A DNA stretch of 64,000 nt from Thermoplasmata archaeon (lineage in GTDB: Archaea > Thermoplasmatota > E2 > JACPAO01 > JAHFTW01): assembly GCA_034667725.1 (NCBI GenBank), contig JAXDQS010000010.1, positions 96,001 through 160,000 of the forward strand, read 5' to 3'. Every line of letters starts with the position of its first letter. The first letter of the stretch is position 1. A program made the position numbers and the translations under genes. The notes beneath the pieces were generated by a model. The model made no database searches. It was not told the DNA's origin and saw nothing but the letters and a program-made list of their open reading frames with translations. Below, piece after piece: positions 38,168 to 45,995 of the stretch.

Positions 38168-38517
38168 GGCTTCAGGGCGGCCTGGAGCTTGGCCTGCAGC
38201 TGGCCCATCTGCTCGCGCAGCTGCTGCTCCTGCTTCTGCATCCGCGCGACCCGGATCTCGAGGGTCTCGAGGTCTTCCTTGAGCTTGTCCACGGCCGCCT
38301 GCTTGGACGGCTCCTTCACCAGGAGGGCGCCGACGCTGCGGTAGACGGGCGCGTCGGCCGGCAGGGACTCCAGGGCCGCGAGCGCCTGCTCGGACTCCGC
38401 CTTCATCGCCTCGAACTGCCCGCGCTGGGCCGCCGTGGCCTGCATCTGCTGGTTCAGCGCCTGCAACGTCTGGAGCTGCTGCTGGACCTGGGGCGGGAGG
38501 GACTGGGCGTCGGCCAC
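38164..38517 (-). CDS. pfdB: Prefoldin beta subunit
   Basis: LPPQVQQQL coiled coil, VYRSVGALLV hairpin; CTTAAG box upstream. Confidence 0.92.
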   Translation of the reverse strand: MADAQSLPPQVQQQLQTLQALNQQMQATAAQRGQFEAMKAESEQALAALESLPADAPVYRSVGALLVKEPSKQAAVDKLKEDLETLEIRVARMQKQEQQLREQMGQLQAKLQAALKP

Positions 38518-38564
38518 GGCGCGGGGCAGGAGGGGGCGGCTTAAGAGATGCGGACTCAGGCGAC

Positions 38565-39044
38565 TCAGGCGTCTTCGTCCTGGGCTTCATGGGCCAGCTC
38601 GGCAACACGGGGATGCGCCTTCTTGGCATTCAGGAAGTCCGATTCCAGCTCGGCCAGCTCCTGCGGGCGCATCACCAGCAAGACCAAGGGGCCGCCCAGG
38701 CCGACGTCGTCCACGCGGCAGAAGCTGAGCTCCACGTCATGCGAGTGCCCAAGGGGTCCCTGAATCCGGGTCCGCAGGATGTCCTGCGCGTGGCCCGGCC
38801 ACTCGCCGACCTCCTGCTCCGAGCACGCGCGCGCGATCCTGGTGACGTCCGGGTCCGTGAAGATGCGGTTGAGCCTCGCGCCCAACGCCTGGTCCACAGG
38901 AAGGCCCGACATCTCCTTTGCGGCCCGGTTGAACAGCACGACCTCCTGCCCCGGGAAGCGGACCAACACCAACCCGTCGCGGACGTTGTCGAAGATTCCG
39001 GGGAGGCCGAACCTCGCCTGGTCCTGGGCAGCCCCGCGAGCCAT
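38565..39044 (-). CDS. Stand-alone PAS domain protein
   Basis: IFDNVRDGLVLV..VVLFNRAAKEMSG....ALG PAS pattern. Confidence 0.7.
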   Translation of the reverse strand: MARGAAQDQARFGLPGIFDNVRDGLVLVRFPGQEVVLFNRAAKEMSGLPVDQALGARLNRIFTDPDVTRIARACSEQEVGEWPGHAQDILRTRIQGPLGHSHDVELSFCRVDDVGLGGPLVLLVMRPQELAELESDFLNAKKAHPRVAELAHEAQDEDA

Positions 39045-39253
39045 GGGCACTCAAGGGGTCCTGGGTTCATCCGCCCCTCGCCTGCGGCAAGCCCGAGGCG
39101 CGGCGAAGGACGGCGCGCACCGGCAGCCGGTCATCCTTGGGGGTGCGGCAACGGTTCCGGGGGCGGATGGACGAGCCGGCCGACGGCCCTTTGCGCTCCC
39201 GGCCGGCGGCCGACGGCCCCAGGGCCTTCGGCCCGACCCCAAAACACCAAAGG

Positions 39254-39269
39254 CTCGAACCTGTTCGAG
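39254..39269. promoter_or_regulatory. Palindrome CTCGAAC-CT-GTTCGAG just upstream of the HTH_10 gene (candidate operator)
   Basis: Perfect 7-bp inverted repeat 16 nt before the ATG. Confidence 0.35.
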
Positions 39270-39284
39270 TCCTTGGCGAACGCG

Positions 39285-39974
39285 ATGGGGATGACCGAGC
39301 TGCTGTTCCAGGTCGAGCTGCCGGAGTGGCCGCTGGCGACCTTCACCCGCGAGGTGCGCGACTCGCGCGTCATCATGAACCACATCCGGTTCGACGACGA
39401 CCACTTCCCGACGCGCAACATCTTCACGGTGCTGGCGCCGGAAGAGCACTACCCGCGGCTGGTCAACGCCCTGCGCGACTTCTACACCACCGTGACCGTG
39501 CTCCGGCAGGACGCCCAGGCCCTGTCCGTCCTCGTCGAGCCCGCCCCCGACCGGATGCGGTTCCTCAAGGCGCCCTTCACCGCCGCCCTGCGCGCCCTAG
39601 GCCCCGACCGCATCCTGCGGCCCATCATCATCAAGGACGGCTGGATGACCGTCGGCATCATCACGGCGGCCCAGATCGAGATCGGCGACATCATCCGCAC
39701 GGCGGGCGAGTCGTTCAAGCGCGCCGGCCTCAACATGAAGCTCATCCGGTGGGGCGAGTACCGCCCGGAGGACCACCCCATCGGCGACTTCGAGGAGAAG
39801 CTGACGCCCAAGCAGACGGAGATCGTCAAGATGGGCCTCGCGCTGGGCTTCTACGACAACCCGCGGCGCTGCAACCTCGAGACGCTGGCCGGCGTGTTCG
39901 GCATCTCCAAGGCGGCGGCGCACAACCGCCTCAAGAGCGCCGAGCGCAAGATCCTCACGAGCTACTTCAGCTGA
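39285..39974 (+). CDS. Bacterio-opsin-activator-type (HTH_10) transcriptional regulator
   Basis: C-terminal LTPKQ......ALGFYDNPRRCNLETLA..FGISK....NRLKSAERKI. Confidence 0.9.
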   Translation: MGMTELLFQVELPEWPLATFTREVRDSRVIMNHIRFDDDHFPTRNIFTVLAPEEHYPRLVNALRDFYTTVTVLRQDAQALSVLVEPAPDRMRFLKAPFTAALRALGPDRILRPIIIKDGWMTVGIITAAQIEIGDIIRTAGESFKRAGLNMKLIRWGEYRPEDHPIGDFEEKLTPKQTEIVKMGLALGFYDNPRRCNLETLAGVFGISKAAAHNRLKSAERKILTSYFS

Positions 39975-39976
39975 CC

Positions 39977-40480
39977 ATGCCCCGCGCCCCGTTGCCCATC
40001 CCCGAGGAGACCAAGGCGGTCGCGGCCCGCGACCGCGGCCTGGCCCGCGCCAGCGCCGCGCTGGCGCTCGCCGGCGTGCTGGCCTGCGCGCTGCCGTTCT
40101 GGCTCGCCCCGGGGATGCACGCCGACCGGGAGGGCCTCTGGGTCGCGGCGGCCTGCGTGCCCCTCGGCCTGCTGCTGCCGGTCTTTGCCCTGCGCCGCGC
40201 CGGCCTGGCCCCGCTTGCCGCGGGCGCGGCGGCCGGCCTGCTGCTCGGCCTCTGGGTCCATGCGCTCGCGACCGACCCGGCGCGCACCGCCGACTTTTGG
40301 CTCGCCTACGTCCTGGGCCTCGCGGCCGCGGCCGTCGGCGGCGGCGTCGCCGGCACCATCTGGTCGATGGCGGCCGACGACGAGCTGCGCGGCGTCCAGC
40401 TCGGCTGCGCCGTGGCCTGCGCCTGGCTGGTCGCTTGGGGCGGCACCGCCTTCGCCTTGGCTGTTGCCTGGCAAAGCTGA
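39977..40480 (+). CDS. Hypothetical membrane protein
   Basis: About 5 hydrophobic helices. Confidence 0.55.
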   Translation: MPRAPLPIPEETKAVAARDRGLARASAALALAGVLACALPFWLAPGMHADREGLWVAAACVPLGLLLPVFALRRAGLAPLAAGAAAGLLLGLWVHALATDPARTADFWLAYVLGLAAAAVGGGVAGTIWSMAADDELRGVQLGCAVACAWLVAWGGTAFALAVAWQS

Positions 40481-40507
40481 AGTGCCCCCCGCCACCGTTC
40501 CCGCGCG

Positions 40508-41290
40508 ATGCAGCCCGGCCAGCCGCGCCCTGCGAAAGCCGCCAAGGCCACCGTCAAGCCGGCGACGAAGACGGTGCTGGTGGCCCAGCACCCGGCCGTC
40601 GCCGTCACGCAAGTGGAGGTCCAGGCGCCGGCGTCGGCCGTGGCCCGCGAGCCGCCCGGCCTGCTGGTCGCGCACTACGCGACGCTCTGCATCCCCGTCC
40701 TGCTGGCGGTGCTGTTCGTCGCCGGCCACGACGCCATGGACCGGCCGAATCCTGACGCCGGGGCCGCGCGGACCATGTACACCGTCGTGCTGGTCGCCGG
40801 CGTCGTGGGCTTGGCGGGCAGCGCCTACCTCGCCACGCGCAGCCACCCCGTGGCCATGCTCGGCGTCGCCGCCGGCATCCCGATCGCCCTCTGGGTGGCC
40901 TCGCTGGCCCGCGTCTACGGCGGCTACTACTGCGACAACATGAACCGGTGGTCCTGGAGCACCACCTACCCGTGCAACCGGGACGCCCTCATCGGCGGCG
41001 ACGTGACCCTGCTTGCGACCTTGCCCCTCATCGGCGCCGGCGTCGCCGCCGCCTTCCTGCACCGCGCCAACGCCAAGGCCGCGATGGCGCTGTTCGTCGG
41101 CACCACCATGGCGCTGGGCGCCGCCTTCGCCCTCGCCGCGGCGCTCGTCCTGCCCCAGGTCGGCGGCGACGTCGCCAAGGCCTCGGCCGCCAACCAGGTC
41201 GTCCACCACACGCCGGGCGTCGAGCTGGCCGTCCTCGCGGCCGCCCTGCTGGGCCTCGCCGCCATCGGGCGCCTGCGCCGCCGCCGCTAG
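40508..41290 (+). CDS. Hypothetical membrane protein with C-terminal TPG-TM-RRRR sorting-like tail
   Basis: Multiple TMs, extracellular Cys pair, tail TPGVELAVLAAALLGLAAIGRLRRRR. Confidence 0.6.
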   Translation: MQPGQPRPAKAAKATVKPATKTVLVAQHPAVAVTQVEVQAPASAVAREPPGLLVAHYATLCIPVLLAVLFVAGHDAMDRPNPDAGAARTMYTVVLVAGVVGLAGSAYLATRSHPVAMLGVAAGIPIALWVASLARVYGGYYCDNMNRWSWSTTYPCNRDALIGGDVTLLATLPLIGAGVAAAFLHRANAKAAMALFVGTTMALGAAFALAAALVLPQVGGDVAKASAANQVVHHTPGVELAVLAAALLGLAAIGRLRRRR

Positions 41291-41619
41291 CGCAGCGTCC
41301 GGTCGAGCTTCGCCAGGTGGGTGCGCCAGAAGTCGGCCACGTCGCCGACGTAGCCCGCCGCCTCGCGCAGCCCCGCGTCCGCGATGGCGTGCCAGCGCTC
41401 GCGCCCGCGCGCCTCGACCTGCACCAGCCCCGCGGCGCGCAGCACCCGCAGGTGGCGCGACACCGCCGGCCGGCTCACCGCGAACCGCGCCGCCACGTCG
41501 CCGGCCCGCATCGGCCCCGCCGCCAGCACGACGAGGATCTGCCGCCGCGTGGCGTCCGCCAACGCGCGGAACGCCTCGTCCTGCACGGCGGCCTTGCGGG
41601 TCCGGACGGCGCGCGGCAT
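41287..41619 (-). CDS. ArsR/SmtB family regulator
   Basis: FRALADATRRQIL, VSRPAVSRHLRVLRAAGLV, GRER. Confidence 0.92.
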   Translation of the reverse strand: MPRAVRTRKAAVQDEAFRALADATRRQILVVLAAGPMRAGDVAARFAVSRPAVSRHLRVLRAAGLVQVEARGRERWHAIADAGLREAAGYVGDVADFWRTHLAKLDRTLR

Positions 41620-42101
41620 CAGGCCTTCGCCTTGGCGGCGGCCTTGACCTCGGCGCGCGGCGGCGCCGCGCCGGTGTCGCGCAGCCGCTGGGCGACCATC
41701 GGGATCGAGCGGCGCACCATCTGGGCCCACCCCTTGTCCATGCCCTTCTTCATGAGAAGGCCCATGAAGCCGGCGAGGCCGCCGTGGCGGAACTCCAACC
41801 GGGTGCCGCCGTCCGGCGTCGGCGTCAGCGTGAACGACACCAGGCTGGGCGACTTGTCCTTGCCGACGTTCCAGCGCAGCGCGAAGCGGCGCGGCGGGTC
41901 GGCCTCCACCACCTCGCACGGGCAGACGCCGTCCCAGAACGGGCGCGGCTTGTCGCGGAACGAGAAGCGGTGGCCCACCTTGGCCTCCACGAAGTCGTTC
42001 TCCATCAGCCAGGCGTCCAGGCCGGGCTTGGTGGCGATGGCCTGCCAGACGGCCTCCGGCGGCAGCGGGTAGGTGGCCTCGTGGACGATGTCGTCAGCCA
42101 T
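41619..42101 (-). CDS. SRPBCC/AHSA1-like START-fold protein
   Basis: PEAVWQAI....LDAW, EADPPRR....W, GTRLEFRH; paired with ArsR. Confidence 0.9.
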   Translation of the reverse strand: MADDIVHEATYPLPPEAVWQAIATKPGLDAWLMENDFVEAKVGHRFSFRDKPRPFWDGVCPCEVVEADPPRRFALRWNVGKDKSPSLVSFTLTPTPDGGTRLEFRHGGLAGFMGLLMKKGMDKGWAQMVRRSIPMVAQRLRDTGAAPPRAEVKAAAKAKA

Positions 42102-42163
42102 GAGGCGCAGGACCCGAGGGCGGGGCAAAGCGTTGCCGCATGGTTACAGATTGGGGACTTCTT

Positions 42164-42306
42164 TGGCCGGGGGCCGCCGCGCGCGCAGGGACCGAGGGCG
42201 CCCGCCTGCGCGAGCGCCAGCGAGCGCACGGGCCGAGGGAGCGGCCCCCTCGCCGGCTGGGGGTCCGGGGCGCGCAGCGCCCCGGCGCCGGATAGGCGCA
42301 GCCTAT
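42164..42306 (+). repeat. Family B structured element, copy 3 (core 42164-42288, divergent interior, plus hairpin 42292-42306)
   Basis: Same ends: TGGCCGGGGGCCGCC ... GGAGCGGCCCCCTCGCCGGCTGGGGGTCCGGGGCGCGCAGCGCCCCGGCGC. Confidence 0.88.
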
Positions 42307-42311
42307 ACGTG

Positions 42312-42695
42312 CTACATCTTGGTGATCATCTGCCGCCCCATCGCCACGATGTAGGAGACGTCGCCGCCGGCCACGAGGCCTTCGGAGAACTCCTCGGGGA
42401 TGGTGATCTCGAAGGTCTCGAACGAGTCCTTGTCCATCAGTTGGGCGACGCCGTTGTGGAACGAGAGCAGCTGGGCCTGGCGGCGGTCCACCATGGGGAC
42501 CCAGACCTTGTCGGAGACGGTGCCCAGGAGCGTGCGCTTGGAGTTGGTGAAGATGCTGCGGGCCTCGATGCGGGCCTTGGCCGCGCCGTGCTTGCCGGGC
42601 TTCGACTTCTCGATGGAGTCGATCTTGCAGGGCTCGTCGTCGATCAAGACGAACCGGCCTTCCTTCAGCTCACGAATCTCCGCCTGCTCCTTCAT
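42312..42695 (-). CDS. eif5a: Translation factor aIF5A
   Basis: SKPGKHGAAK hypusine motif; TTTATCAAG box upstream. Confidence 0.96.
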   Translation of the reverse strand: MKEQAEIRELKEGRFVLIDDEPCKIDSIEKSKPGKHGAAKARIEARSIFTNSKRTLLGTVSDKVWVPMVDRRQAQLLSFHNGVAQLMDKDSFETFEITIPEEFSEGLVAGGDVSYIVAMGRQMITKM

Positions 42696-42811
42696 GCACG
42701 GCCTCAGAAGCGGGCACGGGCAGGCCTTGATAAACCGTTTCGGAGCCCGGGCGGCCAGTCGCACGGCCTTGCGGGAAAACTTATGCCCGACGCAGGGCGT
42801 GGTCGTCCCAG

Positions 42812-44347
42812 GTGCGTCGCGCCGCGGGTCGGGGGGCACGGTTGGCCGCGGCGGCCGCCTTCCTCGCCGTGGCTGCCATCCTGGCCTCCGCCCAGGAGGG
42901 GCCCACCGGCCTCCAGGAGTCCAAGTGCTGGACCTGCCACAAGGAGGGCGGCACGGTGGCGGGCGATCCGCTGGTGCGCATCGTGGACCTGGTGCCGCCG
43001 GCCTCGCTGCGCCTCGAGCCGGGCGAGCCGGCGCCGTTCGTGGTGACGGTGCGCAACCCTTGGCTCTCCGAATTGCACCGCATCGTCGGCACGCTCGACC
43101 TGTCGGACGCGCCGTCGCTGGGCTTCGAGCCGCCGCCCGACCCGGTCTTGGGCGTCAAGCGCGAGGGCGAACTGGCGCTTGCCCCCGCGGGCGTCAACGC
43201 CGAGCGGACGGCCGACGTGGCCGTGCCGGTGCTGGCCGGCGCCACCGACCTGCGCATCCGCCTGGTGCCCGGCAAGGCGACCGGCGTGGACGCGCCCAAC
43301 CTCGAGCTGCGGTTGTGGCCCGAGGGTGTGACGCACGACCTCGACCATGCCATCGTGGTGGACGGCGCCGGCAAGGGCGGCACCGAGACCTGGCGCGGCA
43401 CGGCGGAGACGCTGTCCCGGCTCGGCTATGGCGCCTGGACCGCCCAGGCGGCGCAGCGCGCGGCGACCGCCGGCGTGGACATCTCGGCGTTGGCCGCGCA
43501 GCCGTTCGAGGTCGTCGTGGACACGTGGTTCAACCTCACGGGCGACCGCACGCAACTGGCCGCGACCACCGACCGCCTCGACGGGCAGGCCGACCCGTCC
43601 GCGACCGGGAGCCTGACCTGGCGGCTGTTCGTGCAGCGGACGCCGCAGCCTGGCGAGGCCATCCGCATCGCCGTCGAGCTGGTGGCCTCCTACGAGCACG
43701 CGCCGCAGTTCAACGCGGTGGACGACTGGATCTTCCGCGACGGCCTGCGCGTCCCCATCCAGGCCCCCGCGTCGGGCGGCAGCGACGGCCCCGCCGGGAC
43801 CGAAGGCCCGACCACCATCGTGTTCAACACCACGGCGCCGCCCGCCGACACCGCCGGCGTGGGCGACGCGGGCTTCTGGAACGGGCGCGAGTGGGGCGAG
43901 GTGGTCGGCTACTTCACCACGTTCCTCATGGCCTCGGCGCTGGTGAGCGGCGGCGTGCTGGGCGGTGCCAGCCGGCGCGGCCTCAACAAGCTGTTCCGCA
44001 CCGCCAAGCGGCGCATCGCGTTCCACAACCTGACCTCCTACGCCATCCTGCTGGCCGCCGCCGCGCACACCGCCGTCTTCGTGGTGGAGGCCGAGTTCCC
44101 CTGGACCTTGGGCTTGCTGTGGGGCGGGCTCGGCATCGTGTTCCTCGCGGCCCTCGGCTGGACGGGCGCCTGGCAGATCCCGCTCATCCGGTCGTGGGGC
44201 TACAAGCCGTGGCGGGTCGTGCACTACGGCTGCGCCATCCTTGCCACCGTCGCGACCTTGGCCCACATCGCGCTCGACGGCGTGCACTTCGTCGATTTGC
44301 AGCAGAAACTGGGCTGGGCGGACCCCGTGGAGCAATGGCTTCCCTGA
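42812..44347 (+). CDS. Secreted CxxCH protein with beta-rich ectodomains and a C-terminal ferric-reductase-like di-heme membrane domain
   Basis: Signal peptide, CWTCH, 4 C-terminal TMs with two H-x13-H pairs (FHNL..AHTA; VHYG..AHIA). Confidence 0.75.
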   Translation: MRRAAGRGARLAAAAAFLAVAAILASAQEGPTGLQESKCWTCHKEGGTVAGDPLVRIVDLVPPASLRLEPGEPAPFVVTVRNPWLSELHRIVGTLDLSDAPSLGFEPPPDPVLGVKREGELALAPAGVNAERTADVAVPVLAGATDLRIRLVPGKATGVDAPNLELRLWPEGVTHDLDHAIVVDGAGKGGTETWRGTAETLSRLGYGAWTAQAAQRAATAGVDISALAAQPFEVVVDTWFNLTGDRTQLAATTDRLDGQADPSATGSLTWRLFVQRTPQPGEAIRIAVELVASYEHAPQFNAVDDWIFRDGLRVPIQAPASGGSDGPAGTEGPTTIVFNTTAPPADTAGVGDAGFWNGREWGEVVGYFTTFLMASALVSGGVLGGASRRGLNKLFRTAKRRIAFHNLTSYAILLAAAAHTAVFVVEAEFPWTLGLLWGGLGIVFLAALGWTGAWQIPLIRSWGYKPWRVVHYGCAILATVATLAHIALDGVHFVDLQQKLGWADPVEQWLP

Positions 44348-44375
44348 GGCGCTTGGCCCGGACGGTGGATCAACC

Positions 44376-44972
44376 CTAGGCCGGAGCCGCCTGCCCCACG
44401 GGCGACCGGATCGGCGCGCGTGCCGCCAGCCAAGCGCCCAGGACACCCCCCAGCAGGTTGTTGTAGAGGTCCACGAGCGTGTTGGTGTAGTAGCCTTGGT
44501 CCACCGTCCCGAACAGCACGAACTGGGCGAACTCGTAGAGCTCCACCACGACCCCCGCCGTTGCGGCCACGCAGGCGGCCAGGACGACGGCGGCCACGCG
44601 CCGGGCCGGCAGGATGCGCGTCGTCCACAGGCCGGCGCCCAGCCCCAGCGCCGCGGAGCCCACCAGGTGGACGGCGTTGTCCCACCACGGCAGCGCGTAG
44701 TAGAGCCCGTTTGGGCCGCCGACCTGGTGGAGGCCGGCCAGGGAGCCGCCGCCATAGTGGAGCGCCGCCATGAGGCCCAGGAGCCAGGCGGGGCGCGCGG
44801 GCAGGAACCAGCCCTTGAGCCGTGCCAGCCCGACGCCGACGCACAGGATGCCGGCGCCGAACAAGGTGTAGCCGAACCAGAGCTGGTTGCCAGTGGCCAG
44901 GTTGAGCGCCGCGGCGGCAGCCAGCAGGAGGGCGGTGGCCGCGTAGGGCCGCCAGCGCGGGTCCGGCAGCAT
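44376..44972 (-). CDS. DUF2238-like membrane protein
   Basis: LHYGG, WWDNAVHL, ELYEF, TLVDL motifs. Confidence 0.7.
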   Translation of the reverse strand: MLPDPRWRPYAATALLLAAAAALNLATGNQLWFGYTLFGAGILCVGVGLARLKGWFLPARPAWLLGLMAALHYGGGSLAGLHQVGGPNGLYYALPWWDNAVHLVGSAALGLGAGLWTTRILPARRVAAVVLAACVAATAGVVVELYEFAQFVLFGTVDQGYYTNTLVDLYNNLLGGVLGAWLAARAPIRSPVGQAAPA

Positions 44973-44999
44973 CTTGAGGCGCCGACCACTGGCAAGGAC

Positions 45000-45953
45000 A
45001 TGGCGTTTGCCGTCCACAGCCCGGCGCTGTTCGTGGGGGGCCTGCTGCTGCTGGCAGCGGTTCCCCTGGCAGCCCAGGGCGAGTGGCGCGTGTGGGCTTT
45101 CGACCACCCGGTGAGCAACCTGGAGTGGGACGAAGGGGGCCACGGGCCCGCCTTCGCCGCCGGCGGCTCCGGTGGCGGCGGCACGCATTCCGGTGGGGGC
45201 TCCGGTGGCCGCAGCACACATTCCGGTGGAGGCTCCGGTGGCGGCGGCACCCATTCCGGCGGTGGAGGCAGCGGTGGGGGCGGGGGCGGCAGTGGCACCC
45301 ACCCGAGCACCGGCACCGCCACGCCGGCCAAGGGCGGCGGCAGCGGCGCAGACACGCCCGCCACCGGCTCCGGCCTCACGGCGGGCTCCGGCGGGACCGG
45401 CCCTGGCGGCTCCGGCGGCCTGCTGGGCATCCTCGGCTCCGGCGGCCAGGGCTCCGGCGGCGGCTGGGGGGGCTCCCAGGGCGCCGGCTGGGGCTCGTTC
45501 GCCGCTGGCTTTGCAGCCTTCTTCATCGGGTTGGCCGCTGCCTTCGCCGCCTTCGCCAAGGCGCTCGCGGCGTTCGCGGCCGGCCTCTCGAAGATGTTCG
45601 CGGGTTGGGTTTTCCTCATTCCCGGCCTGCTTGCCATGCTTCTGTGGACATACTTCGGCATTCTGGGCGGCCTGCTGGCGGCCACGGCCATCGTGGTCTT
45701 CGCGCTCGTGGCCAACGCCGCCCAAGTCCCGGCCGTGGCCGCGGCGGCCGCCCCGCCGCCGGAGCTCGGCGTGCCCGTGGCAGACGAGGGGTGGGTGCCC
45801 CCGCAGGACGCCGCGGTGCCCGGGGAGGCGGCGGCGAAGAAGGGGTCCGCCAAGAAGGCGACCGCGACGAAGGCCACCGCCAAGAAGGCCGCCACGAAGA
45901 AGGCCAAGGGCACGGCCAAGACAGCACCCAAGAAGGCCGCCCGCAAACCGTAG
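45000..45953 (+). CDS. Membrane protein with Gly-rich repeats and a Lys/Ala-rich C-terminal tail
   Basis: GGGSGGGGTHS repeats, TM region, AKKATATKATAKKAATKK tail. Confidence 0.6.
   Translation: MAFAVHSPALFVGGLLLLAAVPLAAQGEWRVWAFDHPVSNLEWDEGGHGPAFAAGGSGGGGTHSGGGSGGRSTHSGGGSGGGGTHSGGGGSGGGGGGSGTHPSTGTATPAKGGGSGADTPATGSGLTAGSGGTGPGGSGGLLGILGSGGQGSGGGWGGSQGAGWGSFAAGFAAFFIGLAAAFAAFAKALAAFAAGLSKMFAGWVFLIPGLLAMLLWTYFGILGGLLAATAIVVFALVANAAQVPAVAAAAAPPPELGVPVADEGWVPPQDAAVPGEAAAKKGSAKKATATKATAKKAATKKAKGTAKTAPKKAARKP
45162..45305 (+). repeat. In-frame 33-bp tandem repeat encoding GGGSGGGGTHS (3-4 imperfect copies)
   Basis: GGCTCCGGTGGC...CATTCC recurs with 33-bp period. Confidence 0.7.
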
Positions 45954-45995
45954 TCGCGGCAACGGTCAAGACCCACCCGGCCCCATGGCGCCCTG

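Noticed and set aside
39051-39284. tRNA or known riboswitch (TPP, cobalamin, fluoride) in this spacer
   Set aside because: No cloverleaf, T-loop or riboswitch consensus recognisable by eye; kept only as an unassigned structured region.
42130-42148. ArsR operator upstream of the SRPBCC gene (TGTAACC..GGCAACG on the minus strand)
   Set aside because: The palindrome is too imperfect to call from a single instance.
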